Origin: a virus
Length of the DNA stretch: 45,389 nt
Reading direction: 5' to 3' (one strand)
IMG/VR virus record: IMGVR_UViG_3300002559_000042
This document shows, in pieces, positions 25,657 to 33,784 of this stretch. Every line of letters starts with the position of its first letter. Within the stretch, counting starts at the first letter, position 1. Both the position numbers and the translations under genes were made by a program. Under the pieces are notes generated by a model. That model had not been told where the DNA came from and made no database searches. It saw only the letters and a list, made by a program, of their open reading frames with translations.

Positions 25657-26310
25657 TTATTTTTTAAATGCTGCCAACCATTTCTCCATTTCGCTTTGTT
25701 GCGGACTGGGGTTGTGCTGGCCTTGTGTAAACTGTGGCTTAGGTTGTTGTGTTTCTTGCGGCTGTGCCGGTGCTTCTTGCCCAAATTGCGGGTATTTTTC
25801 GAGCACCTGCTTTATGGCGGCGTCCATGTCCACGTCATCTGTGACCAAACGTTTTGCAAGCAGTACTGCGTCCTCCACGGCATCCGCCTTCACCCCTGCT
25901 TTCATGGCTGCAATTTGTGCTTTTAGTGATTCGTTTTCATCACGAACAGAAGAAAAGTTTGTTTCGAGATCTTGCAGACGTTCAGCCTGTTTTTGGGCTT
26001 CCGTTTTCTGTGCGTCCTCGATCTCTTTGTATTTGGTCAGCACATCTTGCAGCTCATCGACCTTTTCAAAGCCGAGTTTTTTCAACAAGTCGGACTGTGC
26101 TTTTGTACGAATCTCTTTTGTGTCCACTTTCGACGGCTCGGGGCTGGCCGGTACTGGGTCTGCCGGTGGTGTCTGCTGTGCTGACGGCGTTGGTGTGGGA
26201 CTTGCTGGCGGTGTGTTTACATTGGTTTGATCACCCCCTTGTGCCGGTTCTCCGCCTGCCGGGTCTTCGTCTGCAAAGAATTGCAAGTTCAAAGGTAAAA
26301 ACTTAGGCAT
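25657..26310 (-). CDS. Scaffolding protein (DUF4355-like)
   Basis: Hallmark N-terminus MPKFLPLNLQFFADE, an A/Q/E-rich helical body, and position before the capsid gene. ATG 26310 lies 8 nt after AGGAG; the track start 26319 is a GTG inside the RBS. Confidence 0.85.
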   Translation of the reverse strand: MPKFLPLNLQFFADEDPAGGEPAQGGDQTNVNTPPASPTPTPSAQQTPPADPVPASPEPSKVDTKEIRTKAQSDLLKKLGFEKVDELQDVLTKYKEIEDAQKTEAQKQAERLQDLETNFSSVRDENESLKAQIAAMKAGVKADAVEDAVLLAKRLVTDDVDMDAAIKQVLEKYPQFGQEAPAQPQETQQPKPQFTQGQHNPSPQQSEMEKWLAAFKK

Positions 26311-26393
26311 TGTCTTCACTCCTTTTTAAGCATTAAAAAGGCCACCTATTGGCGACTAGAATTACCACATAAACGGCGTGGCTCCGAGATGTT

Positions 26394-26408
26394 GGATCAC
26401 CTCCTTCT
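26394..26408 (-). promoter_or_regulatory. Orphan extended Shine-Dalgarno-like element (13 nt complementary to the 16S rRNA 3' end) with no start codon
   Basis: The plus strand reads GGATCACCTCCTT, the canonical 16S 3' terminus; the minus-strand mRNA reads AGAAGGAGGTGATCC. No ATG/GTG/TTG lies 4-14 nt downstream. It sits about 75 nt upstream of the scaffold start. Confidence 0.5.
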
Positions 26409-26655
26409 ATTCGGTTGTCTCGTAGGATTGCTCGAAAATATCCGGCTTGCATGGGTAGAACTCACCTTGCACGCCCTTAATGATATAATCTCCAACATTA
26501 GCTATATGTGTTCCTTCTAAAGTATCGATCATAATTACACCATCTTTTGGATAGGTTTCATGATAAGTGGTGATGAATTCGTCAATTTCTTTCCAGTTTT
26601 CACCTGTCCACTTCACTGCTTCAATCACAACTGGCTTCTTACGATATTTAGGCAT
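26407..26655 (-). CDS. Hypothetical small protein inserted in the head module
   Basis: 82-aa ORF. The MPKYRKKPVVIEAVKW...GDYIIKG..GEFYPCKPDIFEQSYE pattern is seen in many phages; function unknown. Confidence 0.7.
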   Translation of the reverse strand: MPKYRKKPVVIEAVKWTGENWKEIDEFITTYHETYPKDGVIMIDTLEGTHIANVGDYIIKGVQGEFYPCKPDIFEQSYETTE

Positions 26656-26661
26656 TATTTG

Positions 26662-27771
26662 TCATCCTTTCGCTATTTGTTCCCGGTCATACCGCCGGGT
26701 TCTGCCAGTATCGTTGATAAATGCCCGCATGTTTGCTTGTTTCTCACGTATTTTCTTTCGGGCGGCGGCAATATCTCCTTTTGTGCCAACATGCTGCATC
26801 ACTTCAAGCTTGTTCTTTGCCTTGCGGATATCTCGTTCCATCTTCCGCTGTTGCTGACTTTGCTCGTAAGCTTTTTCATTTTCCTCTTTGGGGTACGGAT
26901 CATATCGCTTTACGCTCACCCCCGGGATGTATGGGTAAGGGTGATGATGGCAGTTAATCCCAAATATACCCGCCGGCTGCCCGTATGTTGTACTCTCCAA
27001 TGATGGATACTTCTTGCTTTTCCCGTTACGATCGAATATACGGCCCTGATAGGGAGCACATCCCGGGCGAGCACCGATATGGCTACTGATTTCGATTAAG
27101 TCCACACCGTAACTATCCATACGGTCGAATTGCGTTTGATTTGCCACATTGTTAGCGACTGACTTAACCACCATCGGAATATACCCTTCAATTGACCATT
27201 GTCGTCCTTTTTTGTCCACAAGTGCCGGAATGCCTTTTTCTGCCCATTTGGCTGCCGTATCTGCTACCGCCTGCTGATGGGTTTTCATGCCAGTCATGAC
27301 GCTTACTGTCGACTGGGAGATAATGTCCCGGTAAACTTGTTGACTGTTCTGCAAAATGGTCGAATTTGTTAAGTTGAGCGTTGATGTTGCCTGCTTTTGA
27401 AATGTGAGAAGCGTATTGAAAATGCGTGTGTCTTGCTCGAGTGGCGGGGCTTTATCAATCTTTCCGTCATCAGCCAAACCGCTCAACCAATTATCCATAG
27501 GTTGCACGCTCTGCTTCATGCTCTCTTTAATCAGCTTTTCCAACTCCTTTTCTGTCTTGCCGGTCATCAGTGAGATGAGTTGAATTACGTCTTTATTTAG
27601 GTCTCCGAGCTGCCGGAGCTTCTCAAACTGCCAATGCAATACATTGTCCTTTGTTATGTCCTGCTTTGTCTCCAGACGTTTTACAATGGCTTTGATGATG
27701 TCTGTTTCCAGTTGACCGTAAATGTCAATCAGGGGCTTTGCCAGCTGTTCCAGTTGGTTTGGGGTTAGCAT
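26662..27771 (-). CDS. Minor capsid / head morphogenesis protein (SPP1 gp7 / minor-capsid-2-like)
   Basis: 369 aa directly after the portal gene. N-terminus MLTPNQLEQLAKPLIDIYGQLETDIIKAIVKRL is typical of this family. Confidence 0.75.
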   Translation of the reverse strand: MLTPNQLEQLAKPLIDIYGQLETDIIKAIVKRLETKQDITKDNVLHWQFEKLRQLGDLNKDVIQLISLMTGKTEKELEKLIKESMKQSVQPMDNWLSGLADDGKIDKAPPLEQDTRIFNTLLTFQKQATSTLNLTNSTILQNSQQVYRDIISQSTVSVMTGMKTHQQAVADTAAKWAEKGIPALVDKKGRQWSIEGYIPMVVKSVANNVANQTQFDRMDSYGVDLIEISSHIGARPGCAPYQGRIFDRNGKSKKYPSLESTTYGQPAGIFGINCHHHPYPYIPGVSVKRYDPYPKEENEKAYEQSQQQRKMERDIRKAKNKLEVMQHVGTKGDIAAARKKIREKQANMRAFINDTGRTRRYDREQIAKG

Positions 27772-27774
27772 AGA

Positions 27775-29313
27775 TTATCTCCCCGTCCTGTTTACGTTTC
27801 GGATACTTGTTTCAGCCGTGCTCAAAAAGCTTTCCATCATCTGTGGCACCGGCTGACTATTTTCCTGTTTGATTCTGTCCAGCCACTCTTGTGCCTGCTC
27901 CTCTGTTAAATCAAATATGCGTTGAATGGCTTCAACTTTTGGCATGAGTTCGGCTGCGACTAGTGTCATGTAGAAATTCGCGTTCTGGATGCGGTCCTCA
28001 GCAATGGAGTCGTCAAAGTCAACCGTCACATCGATTTCTGGTATGCTGTCTAACTCGCCGTAAAGTACCAACATTTCGGCCATGACATGAATTAGTTCTT
28101 TCAGACCAGCCTCAATAACGGTTTCATGAGAGTTCTTTGTTCGAAATGTTTGGCTGTTCTCGCTGATGACTTGCGTTGCAGTTTGAACGCTTGCGCCGCC
28201 TGTAAAAGCAAACGTGCCGGCCGAAAAGCCGATCTGTGAAGCTAGAATGTTTAGCAGTGCGTTAATGGCGTCAATGTGTTCTTGTACACGCAATTCAACG
28301 GAAATGTCCTGAATTTTGTCCTCATTGTCTGTGTCGGCGTAAGCCTTGAACACTTCGTCCTCTACATCAAAATAGCGCCGAACTTCACCTGTGGACGGAT
28401 CGACAACCGTACGCAAAGCCTGTTGTGGTACCATGATGCGCTTTTTGCCAAGGATAAATTCACGTTGGAAACTGTCAAAGGCCACGTCAATGGATTTCAG
28501 CGTGTCGATCGCATTGGCAAAAATGGAAATGCCAAGTGGAGAATCCAAATCAAAATTATTGGCCAGGTTTGGCTTTATATACACGAATAACGGATGCGTC
28601 AAGTTTTCGATTCGTGTCTCCGGCTCGATGTCAGGATAGAGAATTGATAACGAAACCTTATGCCCGAGTGAGCCTTCCGTATCGCTTTCGTACAGTTCAT
28701 TCGTAATGACATACGTCGGGCCGTCCCATGTATGCCATTCCAACAGCGTGTAAAATTTTTTACCTTTGCGAGTTACGTTTAGAAATACGCCCGCCTCGAT
28801 GTGGTCATTTGTACTCTGTACAGGCAGGAAACAGTCAGCCGTCACGAAAGAAAAATGAATGCTACCGTCCTTGTAATAAGGTTTGATTACAAGCCCGCCC
28901 ATCGCGAACATAGCTTCCAGCTTACCCTGAAATAGCTTATGAAAATGGCTGTTTTCCAGAATTTCATTAAGCTGTTCTTCAATGGAATCATTGCCGGACA
29001 CCGAAATGTTGATCACACATTTTTCGTTAAACACTAGCTTCGCCATTTCTTGTGCAACAACTTTTGGCATCCCCATTGTTGCCCGCCAACGTTTATGATG
29101 TGTTCCGTCTACACTCATCCATTTGGTTTCATGAAAAGGAGAGCCGTACAGTTGTGCAAGGCGCCCGTGATAGAGGGATTTCCAAATCTCTATTCGATTG
29201 TATTGCCGCTCTGATTCCTGGACGGCTGCCAGTTGGCTTACATTGTTTATTTCTTTGATCAGGCCCATTTTTGCAAACATTCCTTTCAGGCGTGCTAGAA
29301 TGTTTTGAAACAT
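27775..29313 (-). CDS. Portal protein
   Basis: 512 aa directly downstream of terL. Size and position fit, and the N-terminal pattern resembles A118-type portals. Confidence 0.85.
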   Translation of the reverse strand: MFQNILARLKGMFAKMGLIKEINNVSQLAAVQESERQYNRIEIWKSLYHGRLAQLYGSPFHETKWMSVDGTHHKRWRATMGMPKVVAQEMAKLVFNEKCVINISVSGNDSIEEQLNEILENSHFHKLFQGKLEAMFAMGGLVIKPYYKDGSIHFSFVTADCFLPVQSTNDHIEAGVFLNVTRKGKKFYTLLEWHTWDGPTYVITNELYESDTEGSLGHKVSLSILYPDIEPETRIENLTHPLFVYIKPNLANNFDLDSPLGISIFANAIDTLKSIDVAFDSFQREFILGKKRIMVPQQALRTVVDPSTGEVRRYFDVEDEVFKAYADTDNEDKIQDISVELRVQEHIDAINALLNILASQIGFSAGTFAFTGGASVQTATQVISENSQTFRTKNSHETVIEAGLKELIHVMAEMLVLYGELDSIPEIDVTVDFDDSIAEDRIQNANFYMTLVAAELMPKVEAIQRIFDLTEEQAQEWLDRIKQENSQPVPQMMESFLSTAETSIRNVNRTGR

Positions 29314-29325
29314 GGCATCACCGCC

Positions 29326-30618
29326 TTAATATTTCAATCGCAGTTTCTGCAAATTGTCATTGACGTAGTATTGGAAGGCATCACAAGTGTGATCATCAAC
29401 CTTGATTACTTTAGGATCATCACTCTGCAACGTGTCAGCGTCCCATTGGTACTTCTTGTGCTCTTCATAAAAAATCTGATTGTTATTGTTTCGGAGCATA
29501 AAAAAACGACCTTGCGCAAGCAGGTCTTGAACGTTCTCGATCATGTTCACCTTTTTCTTTTTTGCGATTGGATGCAGCCGCACACCAAAATCTTTCATGT
29601 ATTGGTTTCTCAAAGCACCCTCTGCACTGTCTATCGTCCTCATGTCGATGTTTCTCCTAAACTCCGCTAACTTAACTTCAAACTCTTTCAAGTCGGTTGA
29701 GAATTCACTCGGCGCTTTTTTAACGACTCGATTTTGAGGAGAATAGTAATAAGTGTCAAGCAAAATGACATTTAACCGTTTCGTAAGTCCGAATGCACAA
29801 AACGTTGTCGCAGATGTCTGGTACCCGGAATCAATCGCGATATCGATCAGCAACAGGTCATCATCTTGCGGCAGCTCATCAATCCAATGGAAATGGTTCA
29901 TATTGTAAACCATATCGCCAAGTCCGATAATTTCACCCGCATACATCCAGCGCCAGTAATCAAGATCATTTTCCTTGTATTGTTCAATTTTCCGGATCAT
30001 CTGTTGCGACAAGAACCCTTTTTCATCATCCATGTATGTTGAATGGTGAATGAAATAGTCCGGATCTCCAGCTTTGCTGTCAACCCATTCATTTACCCAC
30101 TCATACGGGTTACGGGGCGGGTTGTAAGAATAATAGATTTTAACCTCTTTGTCGCCCAAGTCCTGCCGGATGAATGTATCAGAAACAATATCGATATCCT
30201 CAACGCCTGCAAACTCGGCCAGTTCCTCAAACCAAAGCGCCATGACATATCCCTTTGCAATCTTGGCGGATTTGATTTTCATCGGATCGTCAACACCGTA
30301 AAAATAAAACGCCGTGTTTGTCCGTTTATGTCGAATGATCAACGGTGATTTACCAAAATAGAACTCATTTTCCACTTTGAGCATGTATATGGCCCATTTG
30401 ATTTGTTCATAAACGGATGTTGACAAGTATTTGCCAACCTTTCGGAGCACCACAACGTTTCCCTGATCATCGTTTAAAAAATCGATGACAAGCTTTAGGG
30501 ATATGACTGATGATTTCATGGATGACCGGCCGCCTTTTAAAATGCTGTTCGGCTTATCGTTTAACCAGAAATCATAAAACACCGGGTTAATCAGGTCGGT
30601 TATTTTGATTGCGTTCAT
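29326..30618 (-). CDS. terL: Terminase large subunit (PBSX-type, headful)
   Basis: Walker-A-like KGGRSSMKSSVISLKLV near the N-terminus; acidic nuclease-half motifs (LIDIAIDSGY, VDDHTCDAFQY); 430 aa. Confidence 0.9.
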   Translation of the reverse strand: MNAIKITDLINPVFYDFWLNDKPNSILKGGRSSMKSSVISLKLVIDFLNDDQGNVVVLRKVGKYLSTSVYEQIKWAIYMLKVENEFYFGKSPLIIRHKRTNTAFYFYGVDDPMKIKSAKIAKGYVMALWFEELAEFAGVEDIDIVSDTFIRQDLGDKEVKIYYSYNPPRNPYEWVNEWVDSKAGDPDYFIHHSTYMDDEKGFLSQQMIRKIEQYKENDLDYWRWMYAGEIIGLGDMVYNMNHFHWIDELPQDDDLLLIDIAIDSGYQTSATTFCAFGLTKRLNVILLDTYYYSPQNRVVKKAPSEFSTDLKEFEVKLAEFRRNIDMRTIDSAEGALRNQYMKDFGVRLHPIAKKKKVNMIENVQDLLAQGRFFMLRNNNNQIFYEEHKKYQWDADTLQSDDPKVIKVDDHTCDAFQYYVNDNLQKLRLKY

Positions 30619-31390
30619 TCAAAATCCGCCTCATTTCATCCTCGTTGTTGATAATGATCGTCCGGTCGTCTGGGTTGCTTTCATTCGTGATTTCCTTAAT
30701 CTTAGCTTTTGTTTTATCAATGTTTAGCTGCATCTGTTCAAGCTTCAGACGGCGTTCATCATCTTCGTGTGCCAGTTCATTAAACTGCTTGATCAAGCTT
30801 CGCAGTTCTGACATGGCCCGAGATTGGGCATTCATGAAGGTTGCTTGTTTATCCCATGCGAACTGGATTTCCCATTCTTTCTTTTCAATTTCCGAATCCA
30901 TGCTCATTATTTTTTCTTTTTTCTTGATTTCTTTTGTCATGTCGTATTCATTTTCAACAAACATAATTTGCTGTGCCCGGATGATGGCCGCATACTGAAT
31001 CATGATTTGGTCCCAGATTAAATCAGCTGGAGACTTCTCATCAAGCATGCCCATAATCTCTAATGTTTCCTGCGGAATGTATTTCGAGAAAAAACCGTGC
31101 TTCAAGGCGTTTGTGTTTCGTTTTGGCGGTGAAGCATTCTTATTGCCTCGGTTACCCTTTGCATTTGAATTTCCAAAGGGAGCTCCTTTTTTATGAGTTG
31201 CATCCTTCTTTTTTTGGGATGCAACCTTTTTGCCTTTGGTTGCATCCTTTTTTGGTGATCCTCTTGACCATTTTTCACGGCTTTTTCTGCTTTTCAGTGT
31301 GCCTAACTTCACATTATATTTTTCCGCTAATTCTTTTAGCGTTTTCTTACTTGATTCATACTCTTTTCTTATTTCATCCCAGTTCGGCAT
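30587..31390 (-). CDS. terS: Terminase small subunit
   Basis: N-terminal HTH MPNWDEIRKEYESSKKTLKELAEKYNVKLGTLKSRKSREKWS, a basic linker and a coiled-coil C-terminus. Overlaps the terL start. Confidence 0.8.
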   Translation of the reverse strand: MPNWDEIRKEYESSKKTLKELAEKYNVKLGTLKSRKSREKWSRGSPKKDATKGKKVASQKKKDATHKKGAPFGNSNAKGNRGNKNASPPKRNTNALKHGFFSKYIPQETLEIMGMLDEKSPADLIWDQIMIQYAAIIRAQQIMFVENEYDMTKEIKKKEKIMSMDSEIEKKEWEIQFAWDKQATFMNAQSRAMSELRSLIKQFNELAHEDDERRLKLEQMQLNIDKTKAKIKEITNESNPDDRTIIINNEDEMRRILNERNQNNRPD

Positions 31391-31421
31391 GCTACATCAC
31401 CGCCAGCCTCCTTTTATAGGC

Positions 31422-31448
31422 AAAATAAAAAGCACCACAATAGGGTGC
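31422..31448 (-). terminator. Possible terminator between the 136-aa ORF and terS
   Basis: The minus strand reads GCACC-ctattgt-GGTGC followed by tttttatttt, right after the stop at 31450-31452. The stem is only 5 bp. Confidence 0.4.
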
Positions 31449-31449
31449 C

Positions 31450-31860
31450 TCACGTTCTATTCTTCTTTTTTTCTTCTTTAGGTAAATAATAATCCATATA
31501 ATATCTAACATCATAAAGAAAACTGTGCAACTTTTTATAAGAAATTTGTCCCGTATTCTTTACGAAAGCTTCTTGAACTGCTGGTTTATAATGCCTAGAA
31601 AACAAATCGTGATTTTTATATGTTTTACTTGTTCTGATTAAATCATTGTTTTGGTATTCGCGTTTTAATTCCTCACGTAATTCTTTTGCTATTTTTAAGC
31701 TTTCTTTCCTATCATTTTCAAACAATTCCATGCCTTTTTCAGCTTTTTCTATAAAATAATTCATTTTCTTAATAACTTCTTCATTTGGGATCTCGTGGAT
31801 TCCATCAAATAAAACGTCTTCCAAAATAAAACGCCACCTTTCATCTTTTTCTATAATCAA
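31450..31860 (-). CDS. Hypothetical protein, visibly AT-rich, between the late activator and terS
   Basis: The track ORF starts at TTG 31860. A better RBS (AAAGGTGG) precedes the in-frame TTG at 31824. K/E/Y-rich; no HNH or other motif recognised. Confidence 0.6.
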   Translation of the reverse strand: MIIEKDERWRFILEDVLFDGIHEIPNEEVIKKMNYFIEKAEKGMELFENDRKESLKIAKELREELKREYQNNDLIRTSKTYKNHDLFSRHYKPAVQEAFVKNTGQISYKKLHSFLYDVRYYMDYYLPKEEKKKNRT

Positions 31861-31898
31861 TTGTATAGATTAGACGAAAGAAAGCAAATCTGTACAAA

Positions 31899-31961
31899 AA
31901 TATCCATCTGCCACATGATAGTTGCTTGTTTGCACAAATGTGACAAATGGATATTATGTGG
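31899..31961. promoter_or_regulatory. 18-nt imperfect inverted repeat with an alternative partner, in the leader between the late activator and downstream late genes
   Basis: aatatccatctgccacat (31899-31916) pairs with atgtgacaaatggatatt (31938-31955), 16/18. A second atgtgg (31956-31961) can pair with ccacat. A candidate -35/-10 (TTGTAC, 17 nt, TCTAAT on the minus strand, 31869-31897) is adjacent. Confidence 0.35.
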
Positions 31962-32112
31962 TTATTCTTATGCGCATATCGTCCGGGCTAACCCCGAACT
32001 CTGAATTGTTCACCGCAAGGTGAATCATGGGTTTCATGAAGTTTCTCACGCCCCGGATTTTTCCTCTCCGGTCCTGCCTTCCATTTTACATATATTTTTT
32101 CTTGTGCTGCAT

Positions 32113-32556
32113 CTATCCTGCAAAACCGGCAAATCCGGCATTTCCGGCAAATCCGGCATTTTCATACATAGCATTGACAATGTCTTCCCGTATAAGACGA
32201 ATATTCCTTTCTGATAGTCCCATGTGCCGGCTAATGGCAATTACGCTCATTCCGTCCAGCAGGCACTCCAGCACAGCACGTTCTCGTTCTCCTCGTACAC
32301 AATCAACATGTTCCTGAATAAATAGAACTTTTTTCTGCAGCCGATTAATCCATTGATGTGTTTTCTCCCGACGTAAAATTTCACGGTAAACCGGATCACT
32401 ATTTGTTCCTTTTGGCTTTGGTAAGGCGGATTCTTCCCCATATTGGGATGTGATGTTGCTTCTCACTTCATTCTCCAGCATTTTGCGCTGTCTTTTGATT
32501 TCATTGATCATCCAATGATAGTCCTTTAATGCAGCTGAAATCTCTTTTTTGTTCAT
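32113..32556 (-). CDS. Late-gene transcriptional activator (ArpU/RinA / sigma-70 region-4-like)
   Basis: C-terminal HTH ERERAVLECLLDGMSVIAISRHMGLSERNIRLIREDIV. Lies upstream of terS. Start at ATG 32556 (GGAGGA RBS) overlaps the upstream stop (ATGA). Confidence 0.7.
   Translation of the reverse strand: MNKKEISAALKDYHWMINEIKRQRKMLENEVRSNITSQYGEESALPKPKGTNSDPVYREILRREKTHQWINRLQKKVLFIQEHVDCVRGERERAVLECLLDGMSVIAISRHMGLSERNIRLIREDIVNAMYENAGFAGNAGFAGFAG
32126..32161. repeat. 4 x 9-nt tandem repeat CCGGCAWWT, encoding the (N/F)AG tail of the late activator
   Basis: ccggcaaat ccggcattt ccggcaaat ccggcattt read directly. The protein ends ENAGFAGNAGFAGFAG. Confidence 0.9.
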
Positions 32557-32759
32557 CTTCCATTCCTCCATGCTCCACCCCGTCCACGCTTGTATACGGG
32601 CTCGTAATATCCCATAAGATCTTTTATTTCATACTCACTTAAATGCTCTGATTTGCCCTTCTCCGCCTTCTTCCGGCGTTTCTTTTTCTTGCCATAGCCG
32701 GTTACTTCCCGGTGCTGCCGTTTCCATTCTTTCAGCTGTTCTTTCAAATCTTTTTTCAT
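32553..32759 (-). CDS. Small basic protein (68 aa) translationally coupled to the late activator
   Basis: ATG 32759 follows a perfect AGGAGG. The track 5' extension to 32906 runs through a terminator hairpin and is rejected. K/R-rich centre KKKKRRKKAEKGK. Confidence 0.65.
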   Translation of the reverse strand: MKKDLKEQLKEWKRQHREVTGYGKKKKRRKKAEKGKSEHLSEYEIKDLMGYYEPVYKRGRGGAWRNGR

Positions 32760-32780
32760 CCTCCTAACCCCCACGTTTGC

Positions 32781-32829
32781 AAATAAAAAAGGCACCGAAT
32801 AACCGCCATAATAGCGATTAATCAGTGCC
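32781..32829 (-). terminator. Long-stem intrinsic terminator immediately upstream of the late-activator gene pair
   Basis: The minus strand reads GGCACTGA..AATCGC-tattatg-GCGGTT..TCGGTGCC followed by TTTTTTATTT. Only about 20 nt separate it from the AGGAGG RBS of the next gene. Confidence 0.65.
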
Positions 32830-32889
32830 CTGGTTGTTCCAGTAGCAATATTTATTTTTTCCACGTCAATCTGCCTAGTGACAGGCCAA

Positions 32890-33048
32890 TTAATCGAAAT
32901 ATGCAACTCCGTAATATTTACCGTCTCTGTCTTTTCTTAATGAACCACCGACCAGTAACACACGTTCCTTCCAATCTTCGAGTATTTCCATTTCTCTTTC
33001 TGCCTTTTTAATTGCTCTTTTCCGTCTACGATTTATTTTCAAATTCAT
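32890..33048 (-). CDS. Hypothetical small ORF (52 aa), hand-translated
   Basis: ATG 33048 follows AGAAAGGTG. Translation MNLKINRRRKRAIKKAEREMEILEDWKERVLLVGGSLRKDRDGKYYGVAYFD. Confidence 0.4.
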   Translation of the reverse strand: MNLKINRRRKRAIKKAEREMEILEDWKERVLLVGGSLRKDRDGKYYGVAYFD

Positions 33049-33085
33049 CACCTTTCTTCTATGCACAATATGGTCTAACTGCGAA

Positions 33086-33268
33086 CTAATCTTTTATTTC
33101 TCGGTAAACATCAAGGTTATTCCAAATCCATTCTTTAAATTCTTCCTCAACTTCTTCATCAGTTAAATCAGCTGGTAATTCAACAATTTCTTCAAATGCA
33201 GCACCAGAAACATACAAAACATTCATAAAAAATTTATGTTTTTTCAATGATTTATCACTCCCCCGCAA
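33086..33268 (-). CDS. Hypothetical small acidic protein; start uncertain (TTG 33268, TTG 33247 or ATG 33226)
   Basis: Track ORF. GGGGAG lies 10 nt before TTG 33247. Acidic C-terminal part. Confidence 0.45.
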   Translation of the reverse strand: MRGSDKSLKKHKFFMNVLYVSGAAFEEIVELPADLTDEEVEEEFKEWIWNNLDVYREIKD

Positions 33269-33286
33269 TGGTGCCCGTACGTGAGA

Positions 33287-33742
33287 TCAATCCTTCATAA
33301 ATACAAGCCAGTGCGTTTTGCTTCTTCTGTTGCCGAATAAAGGTTTATGGTCAATAGCTTGCAGTACTTCTTTCAAAGGCACTTGATCCTCGTTCCATTT
33401 AAAAATGAGTGTTCCGTTTGTTTTTAAAACCCGCATGCATTCTTCAAATCCTTGCTTTATATCGAATTGCCATAATTCATCTAATAGGCCGTACTTTTTG
33501 GCCAACCAGGAATCTACGCCTGCATGAATAAGATGTGGTGGGTCAAAAACAACTAAATAAAACGATTCATCTGCAAAAGGCATATCCCGGAAATCGGCAA
33601 TCACATCTGGATTAATATTCAATGTTCTTCCATCACACAAGACATCGTTCAGCTGCCGGTTGTCCATATAAAGTACATCTTCATTTTGCTTATCAAACCA
33701 AAACATTTTGCTGCCACAACAGGCGTCTAAGATTCTTTGCAA
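33287..33742 (-). CDS. Minimal SAM-dependent methyltransferase-like protein (151 aa)
   Basis: Motif I-like ILDACCGSKMFWF and motif IV-like VVFDPPH (DPPH) about 55 aa apart. TTG start 10 nt after AGGAG. No room for a conventional target-recognition domain. Confidence 0.65.
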   Translation of the reverse strand: MQRILDACCGSKMFWFDKQNEDVLYMDNRQLNDVLCDGRTLNINPDVIADFRDMPFADESFYLVVFDPPHLIHAGVDSWLAKKYGLLDELWQFDIKQGFEECMRVLKTNGTLIFKWNEDQVPLKEVLQAIDHKPLFGNRRSKTHWLVFMKD

Positions 33743-33784
33743 TTATCTGTTTCTCCTTCCCGCGTAGTTTCGGTCTAATGTGAA

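Noticed and set aside
25712-26306. Plus-strand ORFs of 150-172 aa antisense to the scaffold gene. Similar antisense ORFs lie over the holin (6470..6879), the tape measure gene (17856..20642) and others
   Set aside because: They are low-complexity mirror images of biased coding sequence on the other strand. They have no RBS or promoter and overlap well-supported genes.
32760-32906. 5' extension of ORF 32553..32906, and similar extensions of 2978.., 5762.., 33785..34003, 36442..37491, 40249..40542 and 17249..21337
   Set aside because: The extensions lack an RBS and run through terminator hairpins or upstream genes. Internal starts with strong SD sequences exist, so the shorter CDS models were adopted.
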